Assembly: GCA_964016885.1 (NCBI GenBank)
Contig: OZ024742.1
Location: 228,408,001-228,472,000 of the forward strand
Origin: Eledone cirrhosa
Lineage: Eukaryota
Reading direction: 5' to 3'
DNA length: 64,000 nt
Part shown: in pieces, positions 1 to 13,049 of the stretch
Layout of the letters: every line of letters begins with the position of its first letter
Position numbering within the stretch: position 1 is the stretch's first letter
The notes under the pieces: generated by a model
Told to the model about the DNA's origin: nothing
Seen by the model: only the letters and a program-made list of their open reading frames with translations
Database searches by the model: none
Position numbers and translations under genes: made by a program

Positions 1-649
1 GAGATGCTGGCCGCGAACAAACAGAGAATCCCTTATGGTTGGTTCCCAACGGGCTAGAAATAGAAGTCAGCTTGGTTAGCATATCCGGGATGTTGTTCTT
101 TGATTATATAAAATTAGTATCAATAAACCTTCCTGGGCATACCCTTATTCCATTGCTGTACTTACATTTCAATTGTCAGTTTTTGTTTTTGTGTGACACG
201 CGAAGGAACCAACCAACAAACATCTCTCTTTTATATTATGTATAGATGATAGGCAGGTGCGTTATCTTGCTCAAAGATGAGATTCACTCAAGTGAACTGA
301 TTATCGCTTAGCAACAACCCTAGAATGTTGATGTATTCCTTAGCATTGACAGCCTTCTTGCATTGAATCATCATCATCATCATCGTTTATCATCCATCTT
401 CGGCGCTAGCATGGGTTGGACGGTTTTGTCCCACTTGAGGCAAGATAGGCCGGGAGACCGTGTCTTGCTCGTACAGAACTGTTTCTGGCGGGTTTTCTAA
501 GGCTGGATTATCTTCCTAACACCAACCATATTTACAGTGTGGACTGGGAGCCTTTCTACTATGTCGTCTACACAACCACTTTACAGTGTGGACTGGGTGC
601 TTTTTGTTGTCACCTACGCGACCACTTTACAGTGAATACATTTGCCAAT

Positions 650-1220
650 ACCTGCAGATGAGAATGTTCCCCACATCATGATTCCATCACTTCCGTGCTT
701 AACAGTTGTTTGTAGACAATCTGGCCTGAATCTTTCACCTGATCTTTGAAAACGTTCAGGTGAATCACTACAGAGAGAAACTTTGACTCATCACACCATA
801 CAACTTGTTCAAACTATTCTGAATCAATGGTTCCATATTCAGCTGTAAAGTGCAATCTATCTTTTGAAGATATCCCAGATTTCTTCAACATTCTGGTGAC
901 AGTCCTTCATAGGGTCTTTCCATCACTAGTTTTGAACTCTTTGTTCATATTTGTGAAGGTTACCTTCCTGTCTTGCAACAAATTTCAGTCTGCAGTCGTC
1001 TCTTTTTGTTGAACCATTTGGATGACTAGAATCCGATATTCTTGCAACAGATTCTATCTGTTCCTAGTGCAGGCCAATCTGTTTGACAGTCGACAAGGAT
1101 GTTTACACATCTTTCATTTTCCAGATGGTTAAAATTTGTTTATAATCCATTCCAGCAATTTGGTTTTTTACCTTTTCATCAAGTTAATAGCTTAATTTCT
1201 TTGGTGACATAAGACAATTA
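650..1220 (-). pseudogene. Tc1-like transposase relic
   Basis: Minus strand translates to VVWCDESKF (~780-807) and CLQTTVKHGSDGIMMWGTFSSAG (~652-722), matching the Tc1 WSDESKF and TVKHGGGSVMVWG motifs. No long ORF remains; boundaries approximate. Confidence 0.7.
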
Positions 1221-1339
1221 TAATTAAGATTTAGTTTACATTCACTCAAAGTTGAAAATAAAGAAAAGTCCATCTGAAATGTTACAATTTAGGAAAAACA
1301 ATCTTTTTTTTGCCTGGGCGTGTATGTGTATGTGAAAAA

Positions 1340-2690
1340 GGCCTTTGACATACTTCTGTATGCTGACGATTTTGCTCTAACAGCTGAGTCTGTGGAAGAG
1401 CTTCAGAAGAAATTCTAGTTGTGGAAATAGAACTTAGCATCAAAGGTACAGAGTAAACCTTGTAGAGACCAAAGCGTTAGTAAGTAGGAAAGAGGTTATA
1501 ACAGCGACACTGGGTTGTATGTACAATGTTTATTTAACAAGGTTGAGCTATGTAGAGCAGAATAGTTGACATGCCAAGAGAGATGAAAGAATGAATTAAG
1601 GAATTCAGGATGCACTGTCCACTGGCTGAAGTGTTGCCAGGCCGTGGTTATTGTTGTATTACATGTTGGCTAGTGATTTCACGTCGAAAGAAAGTTAGTT
1701 GTTTACCTTTTCACTGGTCAGGAAGCGAGAGAGTATACCTTCGGCATAACGCGCCTGGCCGAAGGCCGAAAGGTGGAATGAGAGGAAGTTAGCTTGCTAA
1801 GAAGGTTCTGCAACCTCAACGGGAAGTAACTCCAGCTACTTCCTGTCTAGAGAGCGCTACTGGTGATGTGATCGTCATAACAAGGGAGGCAACTCTTGCT
1901 ACAAGGTGAAGACTGATTCCATCAAGGAAGTGAATGACTGTGCACAATATATAAAAAAAGGAATAGGTAGAAACTATACGATGTACTCAATGTAAGGTAT
2001 TGGCACACAAGATGTGCAGTAGGATTGCTAGCAGGCAGACAAAAAAGATAGACTTTGCATGTGGCAGATGCAAAGAATAGTGTGTAATAAGAGCAGCAGG
2101 GAAATGAACAATTTCCAATCGTAGCCGCCATAGAAGTAGTTGATAATTTCTGCAATGGAGGAGCTTACTCAGAAAGCATGGTATCTAGAATAAGAACAGA
2201 TTTGAAAATGTTTATGGAGTTACTACCTCTGTTAACAACAAAGAGATTTTTTTCTATGAGCAAAGCCTAGATTGTGTGATATCTGCAGTGAGCTATGAAC
2301 AGTAAATGCAGAGGATATACAACAGCAGGAGAGACATGAAGTGAACATCTTTCGTTAGATGTGGAATGTTAATGTTCATAAATAATGGAGCATGGAAGAA
2401 CTGAGAGAAAAGCTGAGTATAAGAGAAATCAGTGTGCAAGGGAGAACACTTTGCTAGTTTAGACATGTGATGCCTATAGATGATGAATGCGAGGTGAAGA
2501 ATTGTCCTTCCTTGTGTGAGGGAGCTGCAGTAGATTAAGGTCAAGGACGACATAAGTCAATGTAGTGAAATGAGATCTCAAAATGCTGTACCTGACAGAG
2601 ATGACAAAGGAATGCAGTAAGTTGAGGTAAGCTGTATTGGAAAAGATCTGTCCAATCAATACAAACATTGAAAAGTGGACATCAATGAAT
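1340..2690 (+). mobile_element. Highly decayed RTE-like LINE fragments
   Basis: LLYADDFALTAESVEELQKK RT motif at ~1352-1412, followed by degenerate sequence ending near a (GAT)n tract at ~2690. Confidence 0.5.
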
Positions 2691-4607
2691 GATGATGATG
2701 ATGATATACTTGGAAAACACACTAGTGTGCTGCTGTATTCTGTCTCTGAGTACATGAGTTATCTCATCCCCTGGTGAAGTTACTTTGTAGGTGTTAGCGG
2801 TATATGCATGTGAGTGTGTGTGTATATATATCGGAACCTGATGAAAGTGGATACTTGGAACGAAAAACCTGTTGACGAAGGGAAATCCCTGTTCCATCTT
2901 AGAATACATTACTGACTTGCATATACCTTATGCAACTTGGAGTGTAGCTCTGAGTTCCCAGAAACCTATCAAAGATATTTATCAATTAATATCTATCGAT
3001 CTAGTCCAGATTCATCTTTAACCTGTCTGTATTTTTTGTTGTTGTGGTATTAATGTGGCAACATGCCTCTGGTCGCATTATTCAATGTGTCATTATTACC
3101 TAACTTCTTGTATTCTCTCTGAGGAGAAATTTCTCAATTACTTTATCATTGAGTGCTTTGTGACAGTCTTCGAAAATCAATTGGATACAAATCTACTACT
3201 TGAAGCTACAACTTCGATTTTACTCATTACTAGTATTATTTTCTACTAGACTTTATAATTGGTTAATTAATTGATTAAATAATTAATTAATTAATTAACT
3301 GTGTAATTGTTTGTTTGAAAACCTAGTTGAGAGCTTACTTTTGAATGTACCCGCCAAAACCCACGAAGTGACCTTCCTCTTTTTAAGAAAGGACATGTGA
3401 CCTCACTACCAAATTTACTGCTACAGTCGAATGGCTGTGTTGTCTCAGTGGCAACTTCGATTATACTCATTACTATTAAGCAAAGTTAGCAAGTGTTGTT
3501 AGAGATGAAATAACATGACAAAATAAATAGTTTTGTTTAAATATAACATTTACTTCACTTCAGTGAACAAAGGAACAAAGAATAAGATTACTACAAATCA
3601 TAACTCATGACTCATACACTGTTTATTTTCCTGACATTTGTACATTATTCTATGTACTATACATGCACCTTTGATGAGTTGTAGTGCACCTGAGCACTGT
3701 ACACAATAATTTCATTATTATTATTATTATAAAGGTTGACAATGTTTTTGCTGTTATTTCGTTATATTGAAATAGAGAGTGGCAAGATATCGTTTGTTAG
3801 TAGTCAAAACTTAGTGACAAGAGAAGGTGAGAGTCTTTAAGTCCCGGAGAGAGAGTAATACTCTGTAGAGAACAAATGTTTCTATCAGGAACTGCTTTGA
3901 ACTGCCTTTTGCTTGGTCTAAGGCAGGCTATTTATATCTGTCGCTTCCTCTGTCCCCTGCCTCGAGAATCACCAGGGTGACCTTAAGAGATCGCCCACAC
4001 AGACTTGTTTATGCCAAAAAGGAGATAACCCAGAATTTGACCGTTAAATGTCACCCAGGCGTCAAGGTGTGGACAGATTTTGCTACATTAGTTCCTCACC
4101 CAGATCGATGCAGGAGCAGTGATCGATTACAAAAGAGGTAGCAAAATTTGATCCCAGGAGTGCGTCCCAAAACACATAAATCACAGGCACTGCTCCCGTA
4201 TTCCGTGTGCAGAGAAGTTTTGAAAAAAAAAATTGTGTAAATGTGTATGCATGTGTGTGTGTGTAACATTTAAAAGAAGCTGTAAATATATGGAGTTGTG
4301 TTCAATTCACGCATTTTAAACTGCTGTGTATGGATGGCTTGATGTGCAAGGTTGCGGTATCAGATTATATTTACAAAGGACTATGTATAATATGTATCAT
4401 GCTTTCCTAGTGAGTCAGGGAAGTCGTGACTGGATTGAGGTTTACGCTCTGACACGAGTGTGTGCAATTTCGAGTTGCGTGCCTGAGTGAGTCCAGGCGA
4501 GTTGAGTCTCAGTGTAAGTGAGTTTCATGTGTCGAAAGCTGTTTCCGTACCTAACCAGGTGAAAATTGACATCGCAGAATCCCCACACGAATCAAGAACA
4601 TACATTA

Positions 4608-6570
4608 CACTGGTCAACAAAAAAATATTCATTTCATGGTTCTGGTATAATTTAGTATGATTCTAAGGTAATCAAGTGTGCAGAATCTGAATATGACAAC
4701 GGTTCTGCTGTATCGGGTCTAGTTTTCGAGAACCAGCATATCCATGTTTATGACCCATAGCTATGTGGCTCATATTACTTCATCCAATTGTATCCACTAT
4801 ATTTAGTTGTTAACTAATTTATATTTACTGCTTTTGTTTCAGATCACAGAATTGTAACTATCCTCAGCTATTCTTGGATAATTCACAACAACTTTGACTA
4901 GTGGGAGAGATGGAACGCCGGAAATGTATAAATGACCCGGACCGATTTTGCTATATTTGGACTCTTTACCCCAGAAAGCATAAAGAAACCAATCACAAAA
5001 GCAGTTCGAGTAAACTACAAATGCTACTTCAAATGTCCATTAGGAGACGAGGACAAGAAATGGGCGCTTCATATAGCGTGTAGGTCATGTGTTAATCACC
5101 TAAGTGAATGGAAGAATGGGAAATGAAGCTCTAGTTTGCCATTTGCCATACCAATGGTGTGGCGAGAACTAAAAGAGCACAATTACGATTGCTACTTCTG
5201 CCATATAAACATCCAAGGAATAACTGTGAGGACACGAACAACACTTCAATACAACGATATCTCGTCAGCAATCCGACCAGCACCTCACAGTGACGAATTA
5301 CCTGTTCCAGTTCCACCTGCTGAACACGAGCTAATCTCTGATTCTGATTCCAGTAGCACCCCTATTGATGATGACTATCAAGACGAACATGAGACAAGTG
5401 AACCAGGAAGCTCTTCACGATCTCATTAGAGACCTACATTTGTCTAAAGAAAAGGCAGAGCTCCTGGGATCAAGACTGAAGCAATGAAACCTGCTGGAAC
5501 CTGGCGTCTGCATTACAACCGCTCGTCATCTTCATAAACAACGTAATTAGTCTACTTCTCGGTCTTCAGACTGGTTACACAAAGCATATGTGTATTCTAT
5601 GTTTGTGGAATAGTAGAGTAGATGCGGAGCACTACATGAAGAAGGATTGGCCAACAAGACCAAAGGATGCACCCGGTAGATTCAACTGTCTGTACAAACC
5701 TCTCGTGGATCCAGAAAAAGTATTCCTCCCTCCATTACATCTCAAATTAGGCTTGGCCAAAACTTTATTAAAAGCATGGATCATACAGGTAATGGGTTTC
5801 AGTACTTGTGTAAGAAATTGGGTAGAGTGGTATCTGAAGCAAAGTTAAAAGCAAGGGTTTTGAATGGTCCTCAGATTCGTATGCTGGTTAATGATAGTGA
5901 GTTTACGAAAACACTAAACCCTTTGGAGACTAATGCATGGAAATCATTTGTAGATGTGACACAGAACCTTCTTGGAAACCACCGTGCAGACAACTATAAA
6001 GAAATTGTTGAAACCATGATACAAAATTATTGCGCTCTGGGTTCACGAATGTCATTGAAGCTTCATTTCTTCCATTCTCATCTGGATTTCTTCCCAAGTA
6101 ATCTAGGAGACATCAGTGATGAACATGGAGAGAGGTTTCACCAGGACATTGCCATAATGGAGAGTAGTTATCAGGGTCGGTTCAATCCCAATATGATGGG
6201 CGACTACTGCTGGACACTGCAACGTGAGGAGAGCCAGCAAAACAAGCGTAAAAGCAAAATCCAGAAATTTTTTTAGAAATGTTTTGAAATATTTTGTTAT
6301 GTTCAGAAATGTTTTGTTAATATACTAAGTGTTAAAAAAAAAAAAAATATATGTTTATATATTTTTATTAATAAGTTAATATGTTTATATCTAAGTCATC
6401 ATATGTTACACAATGGATAAATAATGCAATACGAGGAACATATTTTCGATCTCATATTAAGGTATTCTGGTCCCATAGCAAAACATGAATATCAAAACTG
6501 AATTTAGTACTATGAAATTAGTAAGATGCACATATTCACATGTAAGAACCATTTTGGCTGTTGACCAGTG
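4608..6570 (+). mobile_element. Chapaev3-like (CMC superfamily) DNA transposon, defective
   Basis: 12-bp TIRs CACTGGTCAACA (4608-4619) and TGTTGACCAGTG (6559-6570), with TTA on both flanks (4605-4607, 6571-6573). Broken transposase motifs: CINDPDRFCY, PMVWRE..H..DCYFC, PPLHLKLGL, LHFFHSHLDFFPSNLGDISDEHGERFHQDI. Confidence 0.85.
4910..6276 (+). pseudogene. Chapaev3-like transposase pseudogene
   Basis: ORF pieces 4932-5126, 5136-5429, 5588-5848 and 5776-6276, separated by frameshifts and stops. Confidence 0.75.
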
Positions 6571-8059
6571 TTATAGATAGGAAAATGTTTGTGTGTAAAG
6601 AGGAATGATGTGTGTTTGAAGCAAAACGTATATGTGCATGCAGGCATATAATACAGTAAAAATGAATGTTCATATACAACCTGTAAAAAAAAAAACATAA
6701 TAATAATTGTTCTAAATAAAAAGTTCAGTTTTTCTTTGTGTATCTGTTCTTTCTTTTTTTATCTTTGGTATGAGAATGTTATCATTTCTTGCTAGGAAGC
6801 TACTAGTGTTATCTATTGTTGTTGTTGAAGAAGATGAAGCAATTTCTCGGGTGTGTAGCATTTTCGCAGTGAACATACCTGAGAGAGTAGAGTGGGATTT
6901 GAAGGAAATTTGGTTGCTATTTCTAACAGGTCTAGCTATTACACAAAGATCTTACTTATACTACTTTATATAGCAGAGGTACCCAGGGATATTCTTCCAC
7001 AGTAATACAGATTGCTTGCTTTGTTACCATTACTTGTTCCATGATGTAGTAAATATATATATATATGTAATTTGGAGTTGAAGCTGAGTGTAATCAATTA
7101 AGGCTTCAATCTGGTCATTAGCAAAACATGTATTAAGCATGATTACAAATAAAATATATTAAACTGAAACATTGATCTCTCATTCTTAATATAAACCCTC
7201 TGTATATTACACCAATAACAATGTCAATGCTAATAGACACTTTTAACAATGAATATTCAATTCACATGTGTTATCATGACAAAAAAACAAGCACCGTCTT
7301 TCACTTTGTATTTGTATTTATCTTTCTCTTTCTTTATCTCCTTTTTCTCACTCCCTACTTTGGAATATTTTCTTAGTTTGCACAGACATTAAAAGTTATT
7401 TCATTAAGAGAAAAAAACAAACAGGTGATATATATATGTACATAATATCAAACACACACACACTCACAAATGCATGCACACACCCACACAGATATATGTT
7501 CACATTAAGGGGCTTACATTTAAATTACTGATTTCTGTCTTTTTGTTAGGTTTGGAGGAAGGAACTGTGCCCATAACCTTTACCAAGAGACTGATGCTGT
7601 TTATTTTCAATTTCAATTGTTCCAGGTTGACTCCTGCATGAAAGACGTGCAGGGAATGAATTCCAGAGGGATGACATACTGGGGAGGAAAGGCTGAGTTT
7701 ATTGGTTAGTGTGAGGTAATATAGGTGATGAGATCAGGAGAGATTATTGAGGCAGGAATGTCAGAGTACTGGTTGCTCCACCAGGTATGAAGAGCAGAGG
7801 CTTTTGTAGTGGCAATAGAAAAGACAGAGAGAGGTAACAGTATCTGTGGGTCAGAGGTGAGAGTGTGTCTGTCCGTAACTGTATGCCAATCAGACAAGTG
7901 ACCTTTTTCTGGATAGGATGTTTATGTGAGTGGTAGCAACATCATCTCAGAGGTGGGAGTTGTACTCCATTATGGGCCTTACTCAAATTTTGTAAAAGAT
8001 CAGAGAGATGTGGACCTGCAACTTCTATGCAATGAGACACATTTTACAGTCAGGTGGAT

Positions 8060-8490
8060 GAGGAATCTGCTAGAGGTCACTATTCTTGGAGGTAATCATC
8101 AAAGAGAAAATGCATTTATTCCCAAGATTCCTCTTATCCCTTTCCTCTACCGAGCTGCCGTTCAAATTCTCAAGATGTGAGTTCCCAGTTACAGCTATTT
8201 TTGCTATGACCACACATAAAGCTCAGGCTCAGAGTTTCAAAGTTGTAGAATTGAATATGAGAGAATCGGTTGGAACACCTAGAAATCTTCATATACTACG
8301 CACTAACAGGAAAACGAAGAATTTGGTTTCTCTAGAAAACTTTTTACTGTTTATTGTTTTGTCACACACTCCACTGTCTCATCTTATACTGTAAACCAGA
8401 CAAACATCCAATACATTCATTTTCTCTTCTACCTGTTTTCTCTTATAATGTTTACCAGGGCTGAGCTGGGTACATCAGTTATTATTAGTA
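8060..8490 (+). mobile_element. Helitron 3' remnant (PIF1 helicase C-terminus)
   Basis: AFIPKIPLIP / ELPFKFSRCEFPVTAIFAMTTHKAQAQS, resembling QFPVRLAFAMTINKSQGQS. A degenerate GC-rich terminal hairpin lies near 8453-8475. Confidence 0.65.
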
Positions 8491-10362
8491 TATATATATG
8501 TTACTGCATGCTACAGAAGGCACAGAGTGCATTTTATCCTGACGTCTGCACTATCTGCATTGTCATTTCACATATATATGAATATCTCTACCTAGCATTT
8601 GTTGACCTGAAGAAAGCAATTTGACAGGCTCTCCGATCCATTAACTGTTGGGCTTTTCGGAAAAGCAGAATTAGATAAGAAATCCCTGACTTCAAAATAA
8701 ACCTGGAACCAAAAGACCATAAAGTCAACTTGGAAATGACTAAAGTGCTACTAAGTCGAAAAAAAAAACAGAGCCCTGATTCCACCAGGGAAATGGTTAT
8801 GTTCAGTATGCAGAAACGTATTAGGATGAAATTCTATTATATGTAACAAATGTAAACTATGGATACACAAAAGATATGGTGTGATCTCTGGCAGGCTAGC
8901 AAAGAATGCCGGGTTCACATGAAGCAAGCTCTATCAAATGCTCCATAAAAGTAATTGACAGCTGCTGTTACTTGGGTGACCAAATTATCAGTGAAGGTGG
9001 GTGTTCTAAAGGTACAGTAGCCAGAGTGTGAACTGGATAGGAAAAGTTCAGAGAACAACTACCACTGCTGAGCACAAAGCATTTCTTGCTCAGAGTAAAA
9101 GGCAGATTCTATGATACCTGTGATAAACTGCTATGCTGAATGAAAGTTTAAACTTGTGCTTTGTGTACATGGACATCATGCTACTGTGGATTGAAAAAAG
9201 CACCCAGTCCACCCTGTAATGTGATTGTGCTGGTAACATGATAAAATCACCCAGTCCACCTTGTGAGGTTGAAGGGCCAGTGTTATGACAAAAGCACCCA
9301 GTACACTTTGTATGGTGCAGATGCCATGGAAAATGCTCCCAGTACACTATGTGGTTGGTGATAGGAAGAGCATCCAGCCATAGAAACCAAGCAAAAAAAA
9401 AAAACAATGTATGAGCAAGACATGATCTCCTGACTTGTCTAGCGACAGAATGTGATAACCAATCTAACAAATATAAGCATGGGAAATGATGATGATATAT
9501 GTATACATATATTATATCTGTGAAACTTAATAGCAACAGAGAGTAATCTCTTTCTCTCAAACACACATACTCTTACCATCCCCTTTCTACAAGGTGACCA
9601 ACATTTTAATAAGTAAATATCTTTTATTTCTCTCTCTCAACACATACCTGCTGACCACTCCATTTCCATTAGGATGTGAAATTGAAAAATAAAAACTTGC
9701 AGCTGCTGTCACTACAAACTTAACTGTCTGTCGCACCCAAACTCTTACCATCCCATTTCCACAGCATAATTCATTGTTACCACTTTAATATTATATATAT
9801 TATAACATATGTTCTAATAAATCTATTGAATTAGCTATTATCCTTGTCAATAATCAAAATTATTTCTGGCAACTAATTAAGGGTTTCCTTCTGCCTTTCT
9901 TTTCTATCTATGTTGCCATGCCTGATATTGAAACATAGGACTGTCATTAATCAGGTCACAGAGGTGCAACAAATACTGACACACTATCAAATAAATGAAA
10001 GATGGACATTTTTGTACATATAACATGAAGCCCTACAGATATGTCCAACCCATAGCAGCATTAAGCATTGCCAACAAAATGGTAAAATGATAATACATAC
10101 TGTCTACATGTAATGATCAACCACTCTACAGAGTGTACAAAGAGTATTTCATTGTGCTACCAGTACTAGGGATGTTGCTATGTCCTCAAGAATACTAAAG
10201 AATACACTCTACCCTATGTTATTAACATACTTTACAGTGTACTGGGTGTATTTTATTGTGGTACTAGCAGTAAATACAAGAAATGAAACAACAAACAATT
10301 CCTTGATATCTTCTTTTTTTATAGAATGACTTTTGACATTGATATGGTTATAATTCTGAATT

Positions 10363-10583
10363 AATATGATTTCTGATTTAGGCTCAAAGCCAACAATTTT
10401 GGGGGAGGGGAAAGGCGATTAAATTGACCCTAGTGCATTACTGGTGCTTTATTTTATTGACCCCGTAAGGATGAAAGGCAAAGTTAACCGTGGCAGGATT
10501 GGAACGCCATACATAAAGAGATGTAACTCTATGCTGCAAAGCACGTTGCCCAACACTCTACCAATACTGCCAATCCATCGTCC
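10363..10583 (-). mobile_element. tRNA-derived SINE, older copy
   Basis: Same head and central GCCTTTCATCCTTACGGGGTC block as the other copies. Tail GCCTAAATCAGAAATCATATT. Flanked by an imperfect TSD TTCTG(A/T)ATTAATA. Confidence 0.8.
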
Positions 10584-10619
10584 TACTTCTGTATTAATAA
10601 AATATGTATTAAAAGACAT

Positions 10620-10778
10620 TTTTTTACAGAATGATTTACCACAGATATCAAAACCCTTGAAAAGTAGATGTTAAACAATGATGATGATGATGAAAATGTC
10701 ATAGCTTCTCTCCAGTATGAACACGTATGTATTTAGTTAAAACACAATTTCTAGAAAATATCAGAGTGATGTAGATTT
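10620..10778 (-). pseudogene. Degenerate additional C2H2 finger remnants
   Basis: Minus-strand remnants CATACTGGAGAGAAG (HTGEK) and GATATCTGTGGTAAATCATTC (DICGKSF) lie downstream of the stop codon. Confidence 0.55.
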
Positions 10779-11930
10779 TCAAAGTTTTCCAACAATGTGC
10801 ATGTGCTTGTGTTTAGTTAGGGCTCTATTTTCAGAGAATGATTTACGACAGATATCACAATGATATGGCTTTTCGCCTGTATGAATATGTTTATGTATAA
10901 TTAAGGTACTATTTCGAGAATATGATTTACCACAGATATCACAGGGATATGGCTTGTCTCCTGTATGAATATATTTGTGGGTTGTTAAATCACCACTTTG
11001 AGAAAATGATTTACCACATATGTCACAGTGAAATGGCTTCTCTCCTGTATGAGTACGTATGTGAGTTGTTAAGGGAGTTTTATCAGAGAATGATTTACCA
11101 CAAATGACACAGTGATATGGCTTCTCACCCGTGTGAATGTGTCTATGTCTAGTTAAGACATTTATATGAGAAAACAACATACCACAGATATCACAAAGAT
11201 ACAATTTATCTCTTGTATGAATAAGTTTGTGTTTAGCTAAGTCACCGCTTCGAGAGAAGGATTTACTACATATGTCACAGTGATATATCTTTTTACCTCC
11301 ATGAGTAAGTTGGTGCCGTGTTAATGCAGCATTTTGAGCAAATGATTTACTACAGATAACACATACATATGGCCTCTCTCCTGTATGAATATGTTTAGGT
11401 ACTGCCAGTGGTGATGGTAGTGCTAGTGTGGGTGGTGATGGTGTTGGTGGTGTTGCTGCTGTAAGTCTCTTTGCAGTAGCCTTCACCCTTTTTTCATTTC
11501 TTCCCTCCCTTCTTGCGACCTTTTGCCATCTCTCTCCCAACTCACACTCCATGTCCGATTCTGTGAGGTCAGGGAGGGGTACCAGCTCCACTCTTTCACT
11601 TGTTCTTGTTGGTGATGGCTGCAGTGGAGTCACTGTTGCAGCTGCAGTTGGTATTACTGTTGTTGTTAATACTTCCACTACTGCTGCTGTTCTTGATTTC
11701 CGTGGCATGGGTATGGGTGCCACCGACCTATCCTTCCTGCTTGCTGCCTGTCCTGTTGCTGGTAGCAATGGAGCCGGTTTCGGAAGGAGGGGGGTTTTCT
11801 GTTTTCTCAGGGTCTTCTCATTGCATTTCGGGTGTTTTGCCTCAACACTTATGGGAAGTTGAGTGCTGTTATCGAAGTCTATCATATCCGGGATAGCTTT
11901 GATGCACTCCTGGTTGGTTTGAATTAACAT
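10779..11930 (-). CDS. Chimeric ORF: Tx1 ORF1 segment fused in frame to 7 C2H2 zinc fingers (383 aa)
   Basis: The first ~177 aa match ORF1 of the Tx1 copies at 20281-22359 and 29.5-30.1 kb. Junction at ~11400 (LALPSPLA|[12 protein letters not shown]). Seven CxxC-x12-HxxxH fingers follow, with TGEKPY-type linkers. Expression is unknown. Confidence 0.75.
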   Translation of the reverse strand: MLIQTNQECIKAIPDMIDFDNSTQLPISVEAKHPKCNEKTLRKQKTPLLPKPAPLLPATGQAASRKDRSVAPIPMPRKSRTAAVVEVLTTTVIPTAAATVTPLQPSPTRTSERVELVPLPDLTESDMECELGERWQKVARREGRNEKRVKATAKRLTAATPPTPSPPTLALPSPLAVPKHIHTGERPYVCVICSKSFAQNAALTRHQLTHGGKKIYHCDICSKSFSRSGDLAKHKLIHTRDKLYLCDICGMLFSHINVLTRHRHIHTGEKPYHCVICGKSFSDKTPLTTHIRTHTGEKPFHCDICGKSFSQSGDLTTHKYIHTGDKPYPCDICGKSYSRNSTLIIHKHIHTGEKPYHCDICRKSFSENRALTKHKHMHIVGKL

Positions 11931-12289
11931 CTCAATGGAGGCGCAGACCCAATATTCTCGTACTTATTTCTGAACTTGCAGTACGGTTGTTTTGTCCTCG
12001 ATTCCGAGGACTTTTGTTTTGTACGTGACCGTACAGTGCTGTTGGGTTTTGAAAAATTCTTCGGCTGCCTTGCAGATTGCTCGGTGTCCGGTTTTCGTCA
12101 CCATCTTCTTTGCTTCCTGTAATTCCTCATTTGTTATAAGGATGGTTTCCAGGTTCTTTGCAATACCTGCAAACGAGATTGGTTATTCTTTGTTGTTGTT
12201 GTTGTTGTTGTTGTCAGAGCTGCTGTTACTTTTGTTGTTGCTGCTGGTACTACGAATGCCGCTGCTGCTGTTGCTGTTGCTGTTGTTGT

Positions 12290-12321
<32 letters not shown>

Positions 12322-12322
12322 C

Positions 12323-12356
<34 letters not shown>

Positions 12357-12917
12357 GCTGATGTTGTTGCGGCTGCTACTAGTATTTTCCTCGCCACTGT
12401 TGCTGCTGCTGCTGCTGCTATTCTTCATGACGTCAGACGAATGAAATGGCTTTCCGTATTTACCGCACACATCTTTCGTCGTTGTCGTGGAGAAATGTTC
12501 CACGGTACACACGTTCTCTTGATAAAGAACGCTACGAGAAACTACATTTTTCTTTTTTTTTAATGGCGTCGCTTGCGAAAGAGGCGACACCACATTTAGA
12601 GAAGGGAGGGAGAGAGACAATCTTTTCTCTGACGTAATGACGATTGGGGAAGAAGAAGACGGAAGGAGTGGGAGTGACTTGTGAAAATTCTTTTTTGTAG
12701 CCATATTTTTTTTACGGTTTAAAATGAATATTGGGCACAAAACCCCAATAACTGGTTATTTAACCCTGAAGGGCCAAATAACGGACAGAAAGACCCCTCT
12801 CACGAGGAGGGTGTCTTTATCTACAATTTGGTTCAAGTTTTAAACAATTTACAATTGTTATAACGGTTAAAAATTACTATACCTTACAGAGCCGAGCCTC
12901 CGTCAACCATGGCATTC
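11400..12917 (-). mobile_element. Tx1-clade LINE copy A (5'UTR + partial ORF1, 3'-truncated)
   Basis: Starts GAATGCCATGGTTGACGGAGGCTCGGCTCTG directly after (TTA)n, as copy C does. ORF1 has an AAA>TAA stop at 12183 (shared with copy E) and internal deletions. Confidence 0.9.
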
Positions 12918-12968
<51 letters not shown>

Positions 12969-13049
12969 TGTTTCTACTTTAGGCACAAAGCCAGCAATTA
13001 CCCAGTGCATTACTGGTACTTTATTTTATCGAATAATAATAATAATAAT
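12918..13049. repeat. (AAT)n tract containing a minus-strand SINE 3' fragment (~12968-13031)
   Basis: (AAT)~17, then TGTTTCTACTTTAGGCACAAAGCCAGC...TTTATCG, then (AAT)6. Confidence 0.9.

Noticed and set aside
3480-4600. Possible solo LTR
   Set aside because: No second LTR, PBS, TSD or gag/pol sequence was identified.
10363-12917. Tx1-ZNF-SINE as one retrotransposed unit ending in the SINE tail
   Set aside because: The SINE has its own TSD (TTCTGWATTAATA) and looks older, so it inserted independently.
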